Part shown: piece by piece, positions 61,144 through 64,000 of the stretch | Numbering within the stretch: the first letter of the stretch is position 1 | Layout of the letters: each line of letters starts with the position of its first letter | Made by a program: the position numbers and the translations under genes | NCBI GenBank assembly: GCA_017534595.1 | Contig: JAFXVY010000126.1 | Coordinates: 16,020-80,019, forward strand | From: Ruminococcus sp. | Lineage (GTDB): Bacteria; Bacillota; Clostridia; Oscillospirales; Ruminococcaceae | DNA length: 64,000 nucleotides | Reading direction: 5' to 3' | Notes under the pieces: generated by a model | The model's database searches: none | What the model was told of the DNA's origin: nothing | What the model saw: the letters and a program-made list of their open reading frames with translations, nothing else

Positions 61144-62625
61144 ATGGATCTTCTGCGAAAGAAAAATCTCACAAGGACTGCGGCAGCCGCCGCGGGTATA
61201 GCCTGCGCCATGACGGTCGGATCACTGTTCCCGACCACCGCTAAGAACACTGCGGATGCCGCAGTGAAGCAGACTCCCGCCGTAAAGGCCGTATCTGCGC
61301 CGGTTGAGGACGCTGAGCCCGAGACCATCGAGTTCATCGAGTTCCGCAAGGCCGGCATCGACGAGTATGCTCTTACCGCCGCCGTTACCTCTGTTCCCGA
61401 AACGGATACCCCCGCAGAGGAGAAGGAGGAGCAGCAGCCCGACGTCTATAAGGCTGAGTTCGCCGTATCCATGCCCGCCGACGGCACAAAGGTCTACGAT
61501 CCCCAGCCCGCAAAGCAGAACTATACCGCCACAAGATCGGTGGCAAATGAGTTTTATACCGTCTATGACCTCGTTTCCAAGCGCAACGTCACCATGAACG
61601 CCACCGAGCTGCTCTGCCGGATGGTCTATAACGAGATCGGCGATTCCTGGAATGAGGAGGCTATCAAGGCTCAGATCGTTGCCGCCTATTCGCACCTGCG
61701 TTTCAGCGAGGCTATCAATTTCATCCCGCAGGTCGGCCTCAAGGCCAACTATACCGCAAAGATCAAGAGATGCGTCGCAGCTGTCGAGGGACAGTGCGTC
61801 TACTATAACGGCGGCATAATCAATGCCGTTTATGCTGCTTCCTTCGCAGGCTATTCCTGTGACAGCTCCAAGGTGTTCGGTGCAAGCTACGGCTACCTCA
61901 AGCCGGTAGTCAGCGCCTACGATACCTCCGACCCCAACTGGGGCACCGTGACTACCTTTGCCGAGAGCTATATCAGAAAGACTCTCGAGGCAAGGCTCGG
62001 CTTCAAGCTCTCGAACAACGTCTCCGAGTGGTTCAAGGTCGGCTCGGTATTCAGCGGGAAGTATGTCGATAAGCTCATAATCGACGGCGGCAAGGCCACT
62101 ATGACCGGTCAGGCAGCAAGAAAGCTGTTCGGCCTCAAGTCCGCTGCTTTCGAGATAACCTACAAGAACGGAGTGTTCAGCTTCAAGACCTACGGCTTCG
62201 GCCACGGAGTAGGTATGTCCCAGTGGGGCGCCAAGCTCTATGCCGATCACGGCTACTCCTACGATCAGATACTCCGCCATTACTATGTCAATACCACCGT
62301 CAAGGTCTCCGAGACCAGCGCTGCGGCTGTGAAGAGGGGCGGTATGTCCGCCGCAGAGCTCGAGAGCCAGATCAAGAGCTCGACCGTTGCATCCGCCGAG
62401 GGTACGGTATCTGCGCCCGTTGACGAGATAACCGTGGACAAGAACGCCGTTAAGCAGGCCGAGCAGCAGGAAGCTGTCCAGCAGCAGACGACCGAAAAGC
62501 CCAAGACCGAGGAAAAGCCCGCAGAGGAGAAGCCTGCGGAGGAAAAGCCCGCCGAGGAGGATAAGCCCGCGGAGGATACCCCTGCCGAGGAGACTCCCGC
62601 CGAAGAGGCCGCTCCGGCCGAATAA
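61144..62625 (+). CDS. spoIID: SpoIID/LytB-domain protein
   Basis: VYNEIG, AAYSH, VYYNGGIINAVYAAS, GHGVGMSQWGA motifs. (EKPAE)n acidic tail. Confidence 0.8.
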   Translation: MDLLRKKNLTRTAAAAAGIACAMTVGSLFPTTAKNTADAAVKQTPAVKAVSAPVEDAEPETIEFIEFRKAGIDEYALTAAVTSVPETDTPAEEKEEQQPDVYKAEFAVSMPADGTKVYDPQPAKQNYTATRSVANEFYTVYDLVSKRNVTMNATELLCRMVYNEIGDSWNEEAIKAQIVAAYSHLRFSEAINFIPQVGLKANYTAKIKRCVAAVEGQCVYYNGGIINAVYAASFAGYSCDSSKVFGASYGYLKPVVSAYDTSDPNWGTVTTFAESYIRKTLEARLGFKLSNNVSEWFKVGSVFSGKYVDKLIIDGGKATMTGQAARKLFGLKSAAFEITYKNGVFSFKTYGFGHGVGMSQWGAKLYADHGYSYDQILRHYYVNTTVKVSETSAAAVKRGGMSAAELESQIKSSTVASAEGTVSAPVDEITVDKNAVKQAEQQEAVQQQTTEKPKTEEKPAEEKPAEEKPAEEDKPAEDTPAEETPAEEAAPAE

Positions 62626-62675
62626 GGGCTCGCATACCGAAAATTCTGCATTTTGTGCATTGAGGAGGAATATAT

Positions 62676-63581
62676 ATGGGAATATTTGACAGAGACCCCG
62701 CAGCTGCTGCCAAGAAAAGCGAAGCTGCAAGAGTTGACCGTGAGATCAACAACGATCTCGCTCAGATCAACAACAAGTACACCGAGATAGGCAGGATCGT
62801 CAAGCTGCGCTGTCTCGATCAGGTGACCAATGAGGACGTCCGCCGCCTTGCCGGTGAGATAGACGTTCTGCTCGCCGACCTCAAGCGCCTCAATGAGGAG
62901 CTCAATGTCATCAACGGTATCAAGGTATGCCCCAACTGCAGCGGCAAGATAGATATCGGCGTTGCTTTCTGCCCGCTCTGCGGAACAAAGCAGCCTGCCG
63001 CAAATCAGCCCGCAGCTCCGGCTCCCGCACCCGTTCAGCCTGCTCCCGTATATACCCAGCCGGCTCCGGCACCCGTACCCGCACCTGCTCCGGCACCTGC
63101 ACCGGTACCCGTACCCGCACCTGCTCCGGCACCTGTTCCCGTACCCGCTCCGGCTCCCGAGCCCGAGCCTGTTTTGGCACCTGTTGAGGAGCCCGTGAAC
63201 GAAGTTGTCGAGGATGCAGTGGAGGAGACCGTCTCTGAGGCTGCTGAGACGCTCACAGAGACCTCCGACGGTGTCGCTGAGGAAATTACCCGTGAAACAG
63301 AAGAGGCGGCTCAGGACGCGGCTGAGAGCGTTACAGAGACAGTCACCCAGAAGGTCGAGCCTGTCGTACCCAAGCCGGTAGAGGTTAAGCCCTTTGAGAT
63401 GCCCGCTCCCACACCGGTAGCTCCGGCACCCGCTCCGGCTCCGATACCCGCTCCGGCACCCGTACCCGCACCTGCGCCGAGCGCAGCTCCCGCCGGCGGA
63501 TTTGTATTCTGCACACAGTGCGGCAGCAAGGAGCCCGCAGGCACCCGCTTCTGCTCGCAGTGCGGAAACAGGATGCAGTAA
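62676..63581 (+). CDS. coiled-coil / double zinc-ribbon protein with Pro-Ala repeat linkers
   Basis: CPNC...CPLCG and CTQCG...CSQCG ribbons separated by PAPAPVPAPAPAPAPVPVPAPAPAPVPVPAPAP and acidic segments. RBS GAGGAGGA. Confidence 0.7.
   Translation: MGIFDRDPAAAAKKSEAARVDREINNDLAQINNKYTEIGRIVKLRCLDQVTNEDVRRLAGEIDVLLADLKRLNEELNVINGIKVCPNCSGKIDIGVAFCPLCGTKQPAANQPAAPAPAPVQPAPVYTQPAPAPVPAPAPAPAPVPVPAPAPAPVPVPAPAPEPEPVLAPVEEPVNEVVEDAVEETVSEAAETLTETSDGVAEEITRETEEAAQDAAESVTETVTQKVEPVVPKPVEVKPFEMPAPTPVAPAPAPAPIPAPAPVPAPAPSAAPAGGFVFCTQCGSKEPAGTRFCSQCGNRMQ
63010..63172 (+). repeat. in-frame Pro-Ala(-Val) codon tandem repeat
   Basis: ccggcacc(c/t)g(t/c)(a/t)ccc-type units. A second block lies at ~63405-63500. 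Confidence 0.8.
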
Positions 63582-63595
63582 TATTTCGATCCTTC

Positions 63596-63630
63596 GGGCG
63601 GACGCAGTGCTCTGCGTCCGCCCTTTTGAT
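63596..63630 (+). terminator. rho-independent terminator
   Basis: Perfect 12-bp stem GGGCGGACGCAG / CTGCGTCCGCCC followed by TTTTGATTT. Confidence 0.85.
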
Positions 63631-63665
63631 TTGGCCCTCACGGGCAGGAAACGGATGTGTTGTTA

Positions 63666-64000
63666 TGATCTTCGGATATGAAAAAGTCCTCGCCGGCAGG
63701 CGGGTGGTGCTCGCCTCGAAGTCCCCGAGGCGCCAGGAGCTGCTAAAGCTCATATTCCCCGAGTTTGAGATAATCCCCGCGCTGGGGGAGGAGGTCGTCC
63801 CGGAGGGCGTCCCCGCCGAGGACGTTTCGCGCCTGCTTGCCGTTCAGAAGTGCAGGGAGGTCGCGGAGAACTGCCCCGACGCGCTTGTCATCGGCTGCGA
63901 TACCACCGTCGCGGTGTCGGGAGAGCTGCTCGGTAAGCCCGCAGACGCCGCCGATGCCGTAAGGATGCTGCGTCTGCTGTCCGATACCCGCCACGAGGTC
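63666..64000 (+). CDS. maf: Maf-family nucleotide pyrophosphatase (5' part, runs off the window)
   Basis: My own translation from the ATG at 63666: MIFGYEKVLAGRRVVLASKSPRRQELL...GCDTTVAVSGELLGKP. No stop before the window end. Confidence 0.85.

Noticed and set aside
63010-63500. Possible CRISPR-like or satellite arrays (also 39361-39445 and 60100-60276)
   Set aside because: The units are 6-18 nt, contiguous with no spacers, in frame, and inside well-supported ORFs encoding PA-, TTTK- and SE-rich linkers. There are no cas genes.
61222-63641. Two long minus-strand ORFs (502 and 452 aa) opposite spoIID and the Pro-Ala zinc-ribbon gene
   Set aside because: These are shadow frames of well-supported plus-strand genes. 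They are low complexity (G/L/R/C-rich), with no RBS or motifs.

Overview
This is a 64-kb chromosomal window from a fairly GC-rich, spore-forming Clostridia-type Firmicute. Gene content looks Oscillospiraceae/Ruminococcaceae-like, but that is inference only. I can support about 62 protein-coding genes. I saw no rRNA, tRNA, CRISPR array, transposase or integrase.

Most of the window is housekeeping:
- ECF transporter module and truA; a ClpC-like unfoldase; pyrE; tsaB/tsaE
- a MinD-like ATPase and mgsA; a His T-box leader followed by hisS ... aspS
- rimM-trmD; ptsH; pyrK-pyrD
- an OmpR-type two-component system with HtrA; ypeB; cysteine desulfurase-thiI
- CinA-sortase B-cell-wall hydrolase-SpoIID; maf

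The part worth a second look is 27-41.4 kb. It contains:
- a sensory-type [FeFe]-hydrogenase-like protein
- a vWA/metallopeptidase - cytoplasmic BspA-type LRR - MoxR AAA+ trio
- directly downstream, a cleanly delimited five-gene operon: Zn-ribbon-LRR, atypical Ser/Thr kinase, MIDAS-complete vWA, PP2C and an unknown protein. It contains a TerY-P-like kinase/vWA/PP2C triad plus two extra components that the triad does not explain.

Other notable items:
- a ~100-nt element present as a tandem pair after pyrD and as an inverted copy after pyrE
- a Walker-A G->V substitution in the second AAA+ module of the ClpC-like protein, which also has a ClpX-like zinc N-domain
- a five-gene cassette of unknown function splitting the T-box-controlled hisS-aspS operon
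- a sortase operon whose substrate has a non-canonical sorting motif
- a DUF5131 (Gp37/Gp68) two-gene module

All homology calls come from motif recognition by eye. No database search was run.
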